Below are positions 49,038 to 57,746 of a DNA stretch of 63,439 nucleotides, piece after piece (the stretch's first letter is position 1; every line of letters begins with the position of its first letter). Both the position numbers and the translations under genes were made by a program. The notes under the pieces were generated by a model, which was not told the DNA's origin, ran no database searches, and worked only from the letters and a program-made list of their open reading frames with translations. This stretch comes from an uncultured Acidimicrobiaceae bacterium (lineage in GTDB: Bacteria > Actinomycetota > Acidimicrobiia > Spongiisociales > ZC4RG35), in contig CAZYCX010000003.1 of assembly GCA_964645875.1 (NCBI GenBank), positions 1 to 63,439 of the forward strand, read 5' to 3'.

Positions 49038-51347
49038 ATGAGAGTCGTCTGTGTCGGTGGCGGTCCCGCCGGTCTCTACCTGGCCATCCAGCTCAAGAAG
49101 GCCCGTCCCGACCACGAGATCACCATTCTCGAGAGGAATCGCCCCGGCGACGCCTACGGATTCGGCGTCGTGTTCTCGGAGGAGACACTCGATCACTTCG
49201 CCGCGGCCGATCTCGAGTCCTACGAGGAGCTGACCAAGGCTTTTCGGGAATGGGGCGACATCGAAGTGCGCCACTTCGCCGGCGAGCGTTTCGTCTCAGG
49301 GGGCCATGGCTTCGCCGCCGTCGGCCGCAAGGAGCTTCTCGCTCTCCTCAGCCGTCGCGCCGAGGAGCTAGGTGTCGACCTCCGATTCTCGACCGAGGTG
49401 CCCGCCCTCGCATCGGTGAGCGACGCCGACCTCGTGGTGGGGGCAGATGGGGCCAACTCGATGGTGCGGGCGGAGCTGGCCGAGCGGTTGCAGCCGTCGG
49501 TCGACTGGAGGGTCAACAAGTACATCTGGTTCGGCACCGAGAAGGTGTTCGATCGTTTCCACTTCATCTTCGTGGACACGCCATCCGGTCTCGTGTGGGC
49601 CCATATCTACCCGTACTCGTCGGAGGGGAGCACCTTCATCGTGGAGATGGCACCCGACACCTGGCGCGCGTTGGGGCTCGATCGCACCGAAGACGAGGTC
49701 TTCCCGCCCGGGGTCAGCGACGAGCATGCCCTGGAGGTGTGCGAGTCGCTGTTCGCCTCGCACCTCGACGGCTACGGGCTGATCGGCAACAACTCGAAAT
49801 GGCTCCGGTTCCCGACGGTCACGTGCGAGAAGTGGCACGACGGGAACGTCGTGCTGGTGGGAGACGCGGCACACACCGCCCACTTCTCCGTGGGCTCGGG
49901 TACGAAGCTGGCGATGGAGGACGCGATCGCCCTCGCCGAAGTGCTGGCGGAGGGCGATCCGCTTCCCGATGCGCTCGAGACTTACGAGACGGTCCGCCGT
50001 CCCGAAGTGGAGAGCCTGCAGCGGGCGGCGAAGGCGAGCCTGGAGTGGTTCGAAGGGGCGGACCGATACCGCCACTTGGAACCCGAGCAGTTCGTCTTCA
50101 GCATGCTGACCCGCAGTCAGCGGGTCACCTACGACAACCTGCGTCTCCGCGACCCCGAGTACATGGCATCCGTCGACCGCTGGTACGCCACCTCCGACCA
50201 CGGCTCTCCGGTACCGACCCACCCGGAGACTCCGCCGATGTTCCACCCCTTCCAGGTGCGGGACGTCGTGCTCCCCAACCGTGTCGTGGTGTCACCGATG
50301 GACCAGTACTCGGCCGTCGACGGGATGCCAAACGACTGGCATCTGGTACATCTGGGGAGCCGGGCCGTCGGTGGGGCCGGGTTGGTCATGACGGAGATGA
50401 CCTGCGTTTCTCCCGAGGGGCGGATCTCCCCTGCGGACACCGGGATCTGGAACGACGAACAGGAGGCCTACTGGGGGCGCATCGTCGCGTTCGTCCACGA
50501 GCACTCGGTGTCGCGTATCGGGCTCCAGATCGGCCACTCCGGGAGAAAGGGGTCCACCAAGCGGATGTGGGAGGGTGACACCGACCCGCTCGACGAAGGC
50601 AACTGGGATATCATGGCGCCGTCGCCGATCAGGTATCGGCCCGACAGCCAGGTCCCGAGAGAGATGACGAGGTCCGACATGGACGTGGTCTTGGCCCAGC
50701 ACGTGGAGGCGGCGGAACGGGGAGACCGGGCGGGCTTCGACTGGTTGGAGCTCCATTTCGCCCACGGATACCTGGCTTCCAGTTTCCTCACGCCTCTGGC
50801 CAACCAGAGGTCGGATCGATACGGCGGCTCGTTGCAGAACCGGATGCGTTACCCGCTGGAGATCTTCGACGCGGTGCGGAAGGTGTGGCCGGAAACCAAG
50901 CCGATCTCGGTACGGATCTCGGCCACCGACTGGGTGCCGGGCGCCTTCGACGGCGACGACGCGGTCGAGTTCTCCCGGGCGCTTCGTGATCACGGATGTG
51001 ATCTGATCGACGTGTCCACCGGCCAGACTTCGATCCATGCCCGTCCCGAGTACGGGCGTCTCTATCAGACACCTTTCAGCGACCGGATCCGCAACGAGGT
51101 GGGGATGGCGACGATGACGGTCGGCGCGGTGTCGTCGATCGACGACATTCACAACATCCTCGTCGCCGGCCGCGCCGACCTGTGCGTCATGGCCCGCCCC
51201 CACCTGGTCGACCCTTACTGGACCCTCAACGCCGCCATCGATCTCGGCTACACCGGGCATCGGTTCCCCAACCAGTATCTCTCCGGGCTCGCTGCCAGGA
51301 GACGGGAACAGGATCCGATCGCCCCGGACGTGTTCCGCCAGGGCTGA
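49038..51347 (+). CDS. Bifunctional FAD-dependent aromatic-CoA-type monooxygenase / Old Yellow Enzyme-family NADH:flavin oxidoreductase (salicylyl-CoA 5-hydroxylase / 2-aminobenzoyl-CoA monooxygenase-reductase-like)
   Basis: N-terminus [14 protein letters not shown]...[18 protein letters not shown]-terminus [11 protein letters not shown]...HSGRKGS...ELHFAHGYL...SDRYGGS (OYE motifs). Confidence 0.85.
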   Translation: MRVVCVGGGPAGLYLAIQLKKARPDHEITILERNRPGDAYGFGVVFSEETLDHFAAADLESYEELTKAFREWGDIEVRHFAGERFVSGGHGFAAVGRKELLALLSRRAEELGVDLRFSTEVPALASVSDADLVVGADGANSMVRAELAERLQPSVDWRVNKYIWFGTEKVFDRFHFIFVDTPSGLVWAHIYPYSSEGSTFIVEMAPDTWRALGLDRTEDEVFPPGVSDEHALEVCESLFASHLDGYGLIGNNSKWLRFPTVTCEKWHDGNVVLVGDAAHTAHFSVGSGTKLAMEDAIALAEVLAEGDPLPDALETYETVRRPEVESLQRAAKASLEWFEGADRYRHLEPEQFVFSMLTRSQRVTYDNLRLRDPEYMASVDRWYATSDHGSPVPTHPETPPMFHPFQVRDVVLPNRVVVSPMDQYSAVDGMPNDWHLVHLGSRAVGGAGLVMTEMTCVSPEGRISPADTGIWNDEQEAYWGRIVAFVHEHSVSRIGLQIGHSGRKGSTKRMWEGDTDPLDEGNWDIMAPSPIRYRPDSQVPREMTRSDMDVVLAQHVEAAERGDRAGFDWLELHFAHGYLASSFLTPLANQRSDRYGGSLQNRMRYPLEIFDAVRKVWPETKPISVRISATDWVPGAFDGDDAVEFSRALRDHGCDLIDVSTGQTSIHARPEYGRLYQTPFSDRIRNEVGMATMTVGAVSSIDDIHNILVAGRADLCVMARPHLVDPYWTLNAAIDLGYTGHRFPNQYLSGLAARRREQDPIAPDVFRQG

Positions 51348-51351
51348 CGGT

Positions 51352-51878
51352 TCAGATCATGCTGGCCAGCTTCCTGACGGTGTTGCAGTTCCGGACCGTC
51401 ATCGCCTCGTAGAGGTCGGTTCCCACGAGCCGCGCCTTGCCGCTCCTGGCGAGGTTCTCCGTGTCGACCCGCCATACCACCGCCCCTGGCGTGTATTTGA
51501 CCTCGTCGATGCCATCGCGGGCAGGAAGACGACCGATGATCTCCTCGGAGTCCATGTGGTCCACAGGAAGATGACGTCGGTTCTCATCGTCTGGTCGTTG
51601 GTCCAGGGGTCGGGGATGGCATCGGCGGTGGCGACCAGTTCATGCTCGTCCCGCACCAGGACCTTCAGGCTCAGGCCGAACTCCTCTTCGATGGTGCGCT
51701 CGAGCACGCCGACGAGCTGCCCTCTTGGCCTCGAGTCGGCGAACAACACATTGCCCGAGGCGATGTACGTCCTGACGTCGTCGGCTCCGGCACGGGAGAT
51801 GGTCTCCCTCAGCCTCGCCATCTCCACCCTGTTCTTCCCTCCGACGTTGATGCCGCGCAGCAGGGCCACGTACCTCAT
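51352..51878 (-). pseudogene. DUF1697 family gene interrupted by a frameshift near 51560
   Basis: The N-terminal frame MRYVALLRGINVGGKNRVEMARL...DVIFL runs into nonsense (WTTWTPRRSS...). The C-terminal DUF1697 half (DHMDSEEIIGRLP...CNTVRKLASMI) continues in another frame (ORF 51352..51564). Confidence 0.7.
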
Positions 51879-51907
51879 CGGGCGACCCTAGGCCGAAGCC
51901 GCTGAGC

Positions 51908-52390
51908 TCAGGCCGGAGAATCCTGGGTGGTGGCGGCCAGGGCAATGGGGCTGGGAGGCTCGATGCTCACGTTGGTCCGTTCGAGTCGCCCGCCGCAATG
52001 GCTGCAATGGGAAACTGCGATAGCCTCGTGGCCACAGTCCAGGTGGATCACCCGCTGATGGTCCGGGTCGGCCGGTGGGTCCCACCGCTCCCCGTAAGCC
52101 CACAGCGTCATCAGCACGTCGAACAGGTCCTTGCCCTTCTCGGTCAGTCGATATTCGTGTCGGACGGGGTTGTCCTGGTAGGGGCGGGCTTCGAGCATCC
52201 CGGAGGAGATCAGTCGCTCCAGGCGGTCCGTCAGTGTGTTGCGGGCGATGCCGAGACTCTCCACGAACTGGTCGAATCGGCGTATGCCCAGGAAGGCGTC
52301 ACGGAGGATGAGCACGGTCCAAGCGTCGTTTACGACTTCCACCGTGTTGGCGACGGAGCATTCGAGATGGGACAGCGACTTGCGGGCCAT
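51908..52390 (-). CDS. HxlR-type winged-helix regulator with Cys/His-rich C-terminal extension
   Basis: CSVANTVEVVNDAWTVLILRDAF...RRFDQF...IARNTLTDRLERL...Y.LTEKG. Extra tail HLDCGHEAIAVSHCSHCGG. Confidence 0.85.
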   Translation of the reverse strand: MARKSLSHLECSVANTVEVVNDAWTVLILRDAFLGIRRFDQFVESLGIARNTLTDRLERLISSGMLEARPYQDNPVRHEYRLTEKGKDLFDVLMTLWAYGERWDPPADPDHQRVIHLDCGHEAIAVSHCSHCGGRLERTNVSIEPPSPIALAATTQDSPA

Positions 52391-52412
52391 GGCTCCATCC
52401 TAGTGGGTTGCC

Positions 52413-52455
52413 AGTTGCAATTCACTACTATGCGGAGTAAGTTGCAAGTTGCAAC
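52413..52455. promoter_or_regulatory. Three copies of AGTTGCAA / GTTGCAAC in the HxlR divergent promoter region (candidate operator)
   Basis: AGTTGCAA at 52413-52420 and 52440-52447. The palindromic GTTGCAAC at 52448-52455 directly abuts the second copy. Confidence 0.45.
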
Positions 52456-52547
52456 CCAGATGAATGTCGACCCGGATGAATAGGGGGCACAGTGATGACT
52501 TGGATCAAGATGTACCGGAGGGCGACCACCACTAAGGCCTTGAAAGC

Positions 52548-53405
52548 ATGGAGCCCGCTGTACTCGCTGGATCCCGTAGAGGTCGCAGCGGCTCTCATCG
52601 AGGGACGCTGGTGAGGGTCCCGCTCCCGGTGAGGGCTCTGTCACCGGTCACCTTCGAGACATGGCTGACGCCGCCCCCGTTGGGAGCCCGAGCAGCAGCG
52701 TTGGACAGCGACGCCCTCGCCGACATGGGCGACATGTTCTTCGGTGGTGTGCCCGGACATGAGACCGGTGAGGGCCCGTTGGTCGTTGCTCTCCACGGGT
52801 GGGGTGGCCGTGGCGCCCAAATGGCCCCGGTCGCCCGTCATCTCGCATCGATGGGGCTTCGTGTCGTGATACCCGACATGCCCGGACATGCCGGCGGGCC
52901 GAGAACGGACATCAAGGAGTCGAGCGCCGTCCTCCGCGATGTGATCGAAGACACGGGTGAGCCGGTGGCCATCATCGCCCACTCCTTCGCCAGCATGGTG
53001 CTGCGGCTCGCCTTCGTCGAAGCCGCGCCGTCGAAGGTGGTGTTGGTCGCACCCGCCCTCGACGTCCGCGACGCCCTTCGGGTCTTCGGGGATCGTCTCC
53101 AGCTCATGCCCTGGGTGCGACGCGGGCTGCGCAAACGGCTCGAGCGTTGGGACCCGGCGTTGTGGCCGACCCTTGCCGGGCTGTGCCCCGATCAGCTGCC
53201 GGGGGCGGAGATCCTCATCGTCCACGATCCGGACGACCAGGAGACACCCTTCTCCCGCTCCGCGGAGCTGGCGGCCATCCGGCCTGCCACGTCGATCCTT
53301 CCCCTTCCGGGGGCGGGGCACAGCCGGATACTCTCCGAGCGGGTGGCGCTGGATGCGGTGGCCGACTTCGTGGGAGAGTCTGTGCGCGACGAGAGCGCCG
53401 CCTGA
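52548..53405 (+). CDS. Alpha/beta hydrolase
   Basis: LVVALHGWGGRG, nucleophile-elbow-like IIAHSFAS, C-terminal PGAGHSRIL. The start is uncertain. Confidence 0.75.
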   Translation: MEPAVLAGSRRGRSGSHRGTLVRVPLPVRALSPVTFETWLTPPPLGARAAALDSDALADMGDMFFGGVPGHETGEGPLVVALHGWGGRGAQMAPVARHLASMGLRVVIPDMPGHAGGPRTDIKESSAVLRDVIEDTGEPVAIIAHSFASMVLRLAFVEAAPSKVVLVAPALDVRDALRVFGDRLQLMPWVRRGLRKRLERWDPALWPTLAGLCPDQLPGAEILIVHDPDDQETPFSRSAELAAIRPATSILPLPGAGHSRILSERVALDAVADFVGESVRDESAA

Positions 53406-53425
53406 AACACGTTCGCCGCCGTACC

Positions 53426-53522
53426 GAGGGCGCTGGATCAACGCCTGCGCGGGGCCTGCAAACCTGGGTTGAACTGAGGGCGCTGGACTTCGCTGAGTGG
53501 GGCCTGCAACCCTGGGTTCGCG
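53426..53522 (+). repeat. Tandem pair (period 50) of the same ~50-nt repeat family seen at 10477-10527
   Basis: The blocks GAGGGCGCTGGA (53426 and 53476, 12/12 identical) and GGGGCCTGCAA[A/C]CCTGGGTT (53451 and 53499, 19/20 identical) recur 50 nt apart. The region lies in the convergent intergenic gap between 53405 and 53525. Confidence 0.75.
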
Positions 53523-53524
53523 TT

Positions 53525-54928
53525 TTACTTGGTGCGCCAGGACCCCTGGGCGTAGCCCTCGCGTGCGTCCCTCGAGAACGGAGTGGGCGCCACCCGGACC
53601 CTGATCTCGGTCTGCTCGTGCGACTCCACCGTGGTCTTTGCCGTCCCGCCGTCCTCCTCGCCCCACACCAGGGTGAGCTGGTCGCCCTCTTCGATGTCGG
53701 GGCCGACCACTCCGAGTGAGAGGAAGGCACGGTCGTTGAACGTGTACCCGCTGAACATCGAGAAGCCGACATGGCCCCCGTCGTCGTCGACCACCTTGTC
53801 GTAGGTGGCCGACGTGTAGTTGGAGAGGGGGAGATCGATGTACTTGATGTTCTCTCCGGGGGCGTTGAACATCGAGCGCCACACCTCCACCACATCGTCG
53901 GTGTTCCACTCGAAGGTCACCTTCTTGCGATGCTCTTGGTCGTGGGTCTTCTCGAGGGCGTCACGGCCGATGAAGTCGTGGTCGAACTTCACGTAGAAGC
54001 CATAGCCGAGCTCGTAGGGGGTCAGGTAGTAGTCCTCGATGTCGTCGGACACGAAGCTCCCTCCGATCGACCCCGCCGCCTCATAGGAGTCCCCCGGGAG
54101 CCACTCCCGGTAAGCCTTCATCTCGTCCCCCGAGTAGACGGCGGGCAGCGGCGAGGGGATCCATCCCGATTCGAGCGTGTTGGTGGCGTAGGCGCGTGAT
54201 CCCACCGGCACCAGCCCGAACTCGGCTCCGGCTTCGAGGATGGCGCTGCGGATCTCCTCGCCCTGCTCATAGGGGCCCCAGATCTCCATGCCGGGCGCAC
54301 CGGCCATGCCGTGGTGGAACGCCGGGACCTCGCGGCCGGCGACCTTCATCGTGCCCACGTTGAAGAACTTCACGTCGGGTATCGGCCCACCGTTGAGCTT
54401 CTCCAGGACCTTCATCGCGTTCGGTCCCTGGATCTGATACCGATAGTGACGTCGGACCACAGGCTGACCCATGGGACGGGCGGGTGACCTGTCGTCCCTT
54501 TCCAGCTCGACGTCCCAGTCGCCGGTCTCGGCATGGAACTGGACCCAGTTCACCGTGGGTACCCGTCCCACCATGTTGAACTTCTCGTCCTCGGGACGGA
54601 ACAGGATCACGTCTCCGATGACGTGCCCGCCGTAGCTGGTGGGGACGAAGTGCTTCGCCCTGGTGGTGGGGAAGTTGGCGAAGCTGTTTATGGCCAGCGA
54701 CGAGAGCAGTGCTTCCGCTTCGGGTCCCTCCACCGTCAGCTCGGCCATGTGATGCGACTGATCGAAGAGGACCGCGGTCTCCCGCCAGGCTCTCTGCTCG
54801 TCGCGCCAGTTGCTGAACTCGGAGGGGACGACCGGATACACATAGGCTCCGATCGGGGAGTTGCGCAACATCGAGACGACGTTGTCGGTGGACTGGAGAA
54901 CGTCTTCGAGGCTCTGATGGTGGGTCAC
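53525..54928 (-). CDS. GcvT/aminomethyltransferase-family tetrahydrofolate-dependent demethylase (LigM/DesA-like), paralogue 1
   Basis: About 467 aa. FSNWRDEQRAWRETAVLFDQSHHM, EGPEAEALL, FHHGMAGAPGMEIWGP. GTG 54928 is preceded by gaggaga. Confidence 0.8.
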   Translation of the reverse strand: MTHHQSLEDVLQSTDNVVSMLRNSPIGAYVYPVVPSEFSNWRDEQRAWRETAVLFDQSHHMAELTVEGPEAEALLSSLAINSFANFPTTRAKHFVPTSYGGHVIGDVILFRPEDEKFNMVGRVPTVNWVQFHAETGDWDVELERDDRSPARPMGQPVVRRHYRYQIQGPNAMKVLEKLNGGPIPDVKFFNVGTMKVAGREVPAFHHGMAGAPGMEIWGPYEQGEEIRSAILEAGAEFGLVPVGSRAYATNTLESGWIPSPLPAVYSGDEMKAYREWLPGDSYEAAGSIGGSFVSDDIEDYYLTPYELGYGFYVKFDHDFIGRDALEKTHDQEHRKKVTFEWNTDDVVEVWRSMFNAPGENIKYIDLPLSNYTSATYDKVVDDDGGHVGFSMFSGYTFNDRAFLSLGVVGPDIEEGDQLTLVWGEEDGGTAKTTVESHEQTEIRVRVAPTPFSRDAREGYAQGSWRTK

Positions 54929-54968
54929 TTGGGTCTCCTCACACTGGCGACGTCCACCGATCATACGT

Positions 54969-54985
54969 ACTGAACGTTGTTCAGT
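54969..54985. promoter_or_regulatory. Inverted repeat ACTGAAC-gtt-GTTCAGT in the divergent promoter region
   Basis: 7-bp perfect arms with a 3-nt spacer, 41 nt upstream of the demethylase start and ~36 nt upstream of the riboswitch. Confidence 0.35.
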
Positions 54986-55020
54986 GTCTCTTCTCGCCGG
55001 CAGGCTCTTGTATCCTCACG

Positions 55021-55123
55021 GTGGTCATCTAGAGCGGCCGAGGGACAGGCCCGACGAAGCCGCGGCAACCACTCACCGGCGAGAAGGTGCCAATGCCTGA
55101 TCGATGATGACGTCGATGAGGTG
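55021..55123 (+). promoter_or_regulatory. SAM-I (S-box) riboswitch
   Basis: TCATC-T-AGAG-C-GGCC-GAGGGA-CA-GGCCC-GA-CGAA-GCCGC-GGCAACC...GGTGCCAATGCC...GATGA matches the SAM-I core (AGAGnGG..GAGGGA..GGCCC..UGAA.CC..GCAACC..GGUGCcAAuuCC). P2 is GCGGC/GCCGC. P1 is UCAUC/GAUGA. The P1 3-prime strand runs into the SD GAGGTG, 6 nt before ATG 55129. Confidence 0.85.
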
Positions 55124-55128
55124 AACGT

Positions 55129-56277
55129 ATGGCCCGTGGTCAGGTGAACGAACCGGTCGGTGGGGAGATCGATCGGTTCTTCGACAATCGCGCCGCCTAT
55201 CTGATGTTCACGACCGCCACCAACGAGAAGGCGGTGGTCGCGGAGCGGATCGGCGCGGAGCTCGACCTGATCGGGCCGGGAGAGTCAGCCCTGAGAGTGT
55301 TCGACGCCGGCATGGGCGATGCTTCGGTGTTGAGCCAGCTGATGCGTCGCATGCACACCGTGTTCCCGCACATCCCCTGGCTGGTGGTCGCCAAGGAGAT
55401 CTCGATCGAAGACCTCCGGTTGGCTTTGGGCCGGATGCCGGACCGGCTCTTCGAGCATCCCGAGATGGTCCTGGTGGTGACCAACATGAACTATCGGGAG
55501 GCTCCCGCGTTGGTCCCGGTTGGGGACAACGCCTCCCAACTGAACTGGATCGAAGCTCCGCTCGAAGGCTCCACCGCCGACGACTTCGGCCGGCAGATCC
55601 ACGACCTCTTCGACGACCTGGCGCGTGCCTGGGAAGTGGTCACCAGCCCCAAGACCGGCAACCCCCTCTATGCCACGCCCTCGGCGCTGGTGGTCTACCG
55701 CCGTGATCGCCAGTTCATCCTGAAGCGGGTGATCCCCGAGCCGGGCGGGATCGAGGGTCGTTACGACCTCGTTGTCGCCTCGCAGCCCTACCGGGCCCGG
55801 ACCAGCGCCGAGAGGAAGACGCGGACGGTGCTGGTTCCCTTGTCCCGGGCGCTCGCTCCCGGCGGTCGCCTGGTGGTGGTCCATGCCCACGGCAACGACC
55901 CCGGTCTCGAGATCATCCGCAACGTCTGGCCGGGCGAGGACCCGTTCCAGACCGGGCGTGCAGACCTGTTGGCCGAGGCACAACGCCAACTCACCGATCC
56001 CGAGGACGCCGCTTTGGTGTATCCCCACCTCAGCGACGAGGAGGCGATCTTCCGTTACGAACTCCACGCGATGCCCTCCGAGAGGACGGAGCACATCGGG
56101 ACCGGCCTGACCCTCGCCGCCTGGAACGCCGCCGCCTACGTTGCCCAGATAGACGAGTCCCGGCTCTCTGCTGCCATGGCCTCCGGCGTCTACGTGGAGG
56201 CGACCCGGGAGGTCCTGGCGCGCTACGGAGGGGTCTGGTTCAACGACGAGGCGTACGTGATCACCCGCTCAGTGTGA
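55129..56277 (+). CDS. Uncharacterised protein with class I methyltransferase-fold motifs, under SAM-I riboswitch control
   Basis: 382 aa. LRVFDAGMGDASV (motif I-like) and YDLVVASQPY...LAPGGRLVVVHAHG (post-motif-like), separated by a long insertion. Family not recognised. Confidence 0.8.
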   Translation: MARGQVNEPVGGEIDRFFDNRAAYLMFTTATNEKAVVAERIGAELDLIGPGESALRVFDAGMGDASVLSQLMRRMHTVFPHIPWLVVAKEISIEDLRLALGRMPDRLFEHPEMVLVVTNMNYREAPALVPVGDNASQLNWIEAPLEGSTADDFGRQIHDLFDDLARAWEVVTSPKTGNPLYATPSALVVYRRDRQFILKRVIPEPGGIEGRYDLVVASQPYRARTSAERKTRTVLVPLSRALAPGGRLVVVHAHGNDPGLEIIRNVWPGEDPFQTGRADLLAEAQRQLTDPEDAALVYPHLSDEEAIFRYELHAMPSERTEHIGTGLTLAAWNAAAYVAQIDESRLSAAMASGVYVEATREVLARYGGVWFNDEAYVITRSV

Positions 56278-56358
56278 CTGGACGCTCTCCAGCCGGCACG
56301 TGGCGAATCCCCTAGATAGGATCCACCAGAGTGTCCAGGGACGTTTACCGGGGCCTGC

Positions 56359-56388
56359 TTGACACTCTCGCAATCTGAACCGTACTGT
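56359..56388 (+). promoter_or_regulatory. Sigma-70-like promoter candidate for the TRAP genes
   Basis: TTGACA (56359-56364), 18-nt spacer, TACTGT (56383-56388), ~70 nt upstream of GTG 56460. Confidence 0.3.
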
Positions 56389-56459
56389 TTGCGTACGCAG
56401 GCCGCACATTTGTTCGTTATTCGGACAGATGGGGCAGGACCTAATGAGGAGGAAGAGAC

Positions 56460-57605
56460 GTGAAACGCATTAGAGGGATCTGGCGGTTCTCGATGGTCTT
56501 GGTGGTGGTGGCGTTGATCGCTGCCGCCTGTGGTGATGGTGACACCACCGACACCACGGAGCCCCCGGCCGCCACGACCACAGCCCCGTCGGGGGACACG
56601 ACCACGACGGAGGCGATGGAGGATACGACGACCACGGCCGCCGATTCGATGGACTTCGGTGACCCGGTGACGTTGACATTGGGTCATCCGTTCCCGGCGG
56701 TCCACCCGATCGCGGTGAACGCCCTGGAGCCGTATGCGGAGGCTGTCAACGAGGCCACCAACGGGACGATCTCGATCGAGTTCCAACCGGGCGGCGCGCT
56801 GGCGGCTCCTCCGGCCACCTTCGAGAACACCGTGGCCGGCGGTCAGGACATGGGTTGGGCCCTCCAGGGGTATCACGCCGGTGTCTTCCCGGTGACCGAG
56901 ATCGTCGAACAGCCCTTCCAGTTCAGCTCGGCGATGCAGGCCACCCAGACGCTGTGGGACCTCTACGACGAGTTCCCGGCGTTGCAGGACGAGTATTCGG
57001 ACGTCCAACTGCTCGGACTGTGGACCCATGACATCGGTGACATCTGGACCAAGGATGTCCCGGTGCAGACGGTCGAGGACATGCAGGGACTGACCCTCAG
57101 GTTCCCCACCGGGATCATGGGCCTGGTGATGGAGGCCTTGGGTGCGACGACGGTCGGTCTGCCCGCACCGGAGATCTTCGACTCGCTGTCGACCGGGGTC
57201 ATCGACGGTCTGTCCATCGCGGTCTCCGGCTTGGAGAGCTTCCAGCTCTACCCCGAGCTGAATTACGGGACCACCTGTGACTGCTACGTGGCCGCCCAGT
57301 ACCTGGTGATCAACCTGGACAGCTGGAACTCGTTGGCACCGGACGCCCAACAGGTGATGCTGGATCTGGGTCGTGAATACTCCCTCGTGGCCGCCGAGGT
57401 CTACGACCAGGCCTATGTGGCGATCTTCCAGAAGGCGATGGACGAGGGCATCGAGATCTACGAGCTGCCCGAGGACGAGCTTGCCCGCTGGCATGAGATC
57501 GGACAGCAGGTCACCGACGAGTGGATCGCCGCTCGTGAGGACGCCGGTGTCCCCGCTCAGGACATGTACGACCGGATGCAGGACATCAAGGCCGGATATC
57601 AATAG
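56460..57605 (+). CDS. dctP: TRAP transporter substrate-binding lipoprotein (DctP type)
   Basis: Lipobox LIAAACGDG, Thr-rich linker, DctP-family body. GTG start preceded by aggaggaag. Confidence 0.85.
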   Translation: MKRIRGIWRFSMVLVVVALIAAACGDGDTTDTTEPPAATTTAPSGDTTTTEAMEDTTTTAADSMDFGDPVTLTLGHPFPAVHPIAVNALEPYAEAVNEATNGTISIEFQPGGALAAPPATFENTVAGGQDMGWALQGYHAGVFPVTEIVEQPFQFSSAMQATQTLWDLYDEFPALQDEYSDVQLLGLWTHDIGDIWTKDVPVQTVEDMQGLTLRFPTGIMGLVMEALGATTVGLPAPEIFDSLSTGVIDGLSIAVSGLESFQLYPELNYGTTCDCYVAAQYLVINLDSWNSLAPDAQQVMLDLGREYSLVAAEVYDQAYVAIFQKAMDEGIEIYELPEDELARWHEIGQQVTDEWIAAREDAGVPAQDMYDRMQDIKAGYQ

Positions 57606-57621
57606 TCCGTAGAAGCGAAGC

Positions 57622-57656
57622 GGAGGTGGTGACCGTCTTGTACGGTCACCACCTCT
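57622..57656 (+). terminator. Perfect 14-bp stem-loop between dctP and dctQ (attenuator or mRNA-stabilising hairpin)
   Basis: gaggtggtgaccgt-cttgt-acggtcaccacctc followed by tgttg, 17 nt after the dctP stop. Confidence 0.55.
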
Positions 57657-57746
57657 GTTGATTGCCGGGGCTCTCTCTGCGGTTCCCGGCCGGTGTGAAG
57701 GAGGGTCAGCCTGGAGCCATCTGCCGACGATCGGACCCCGGACCAA

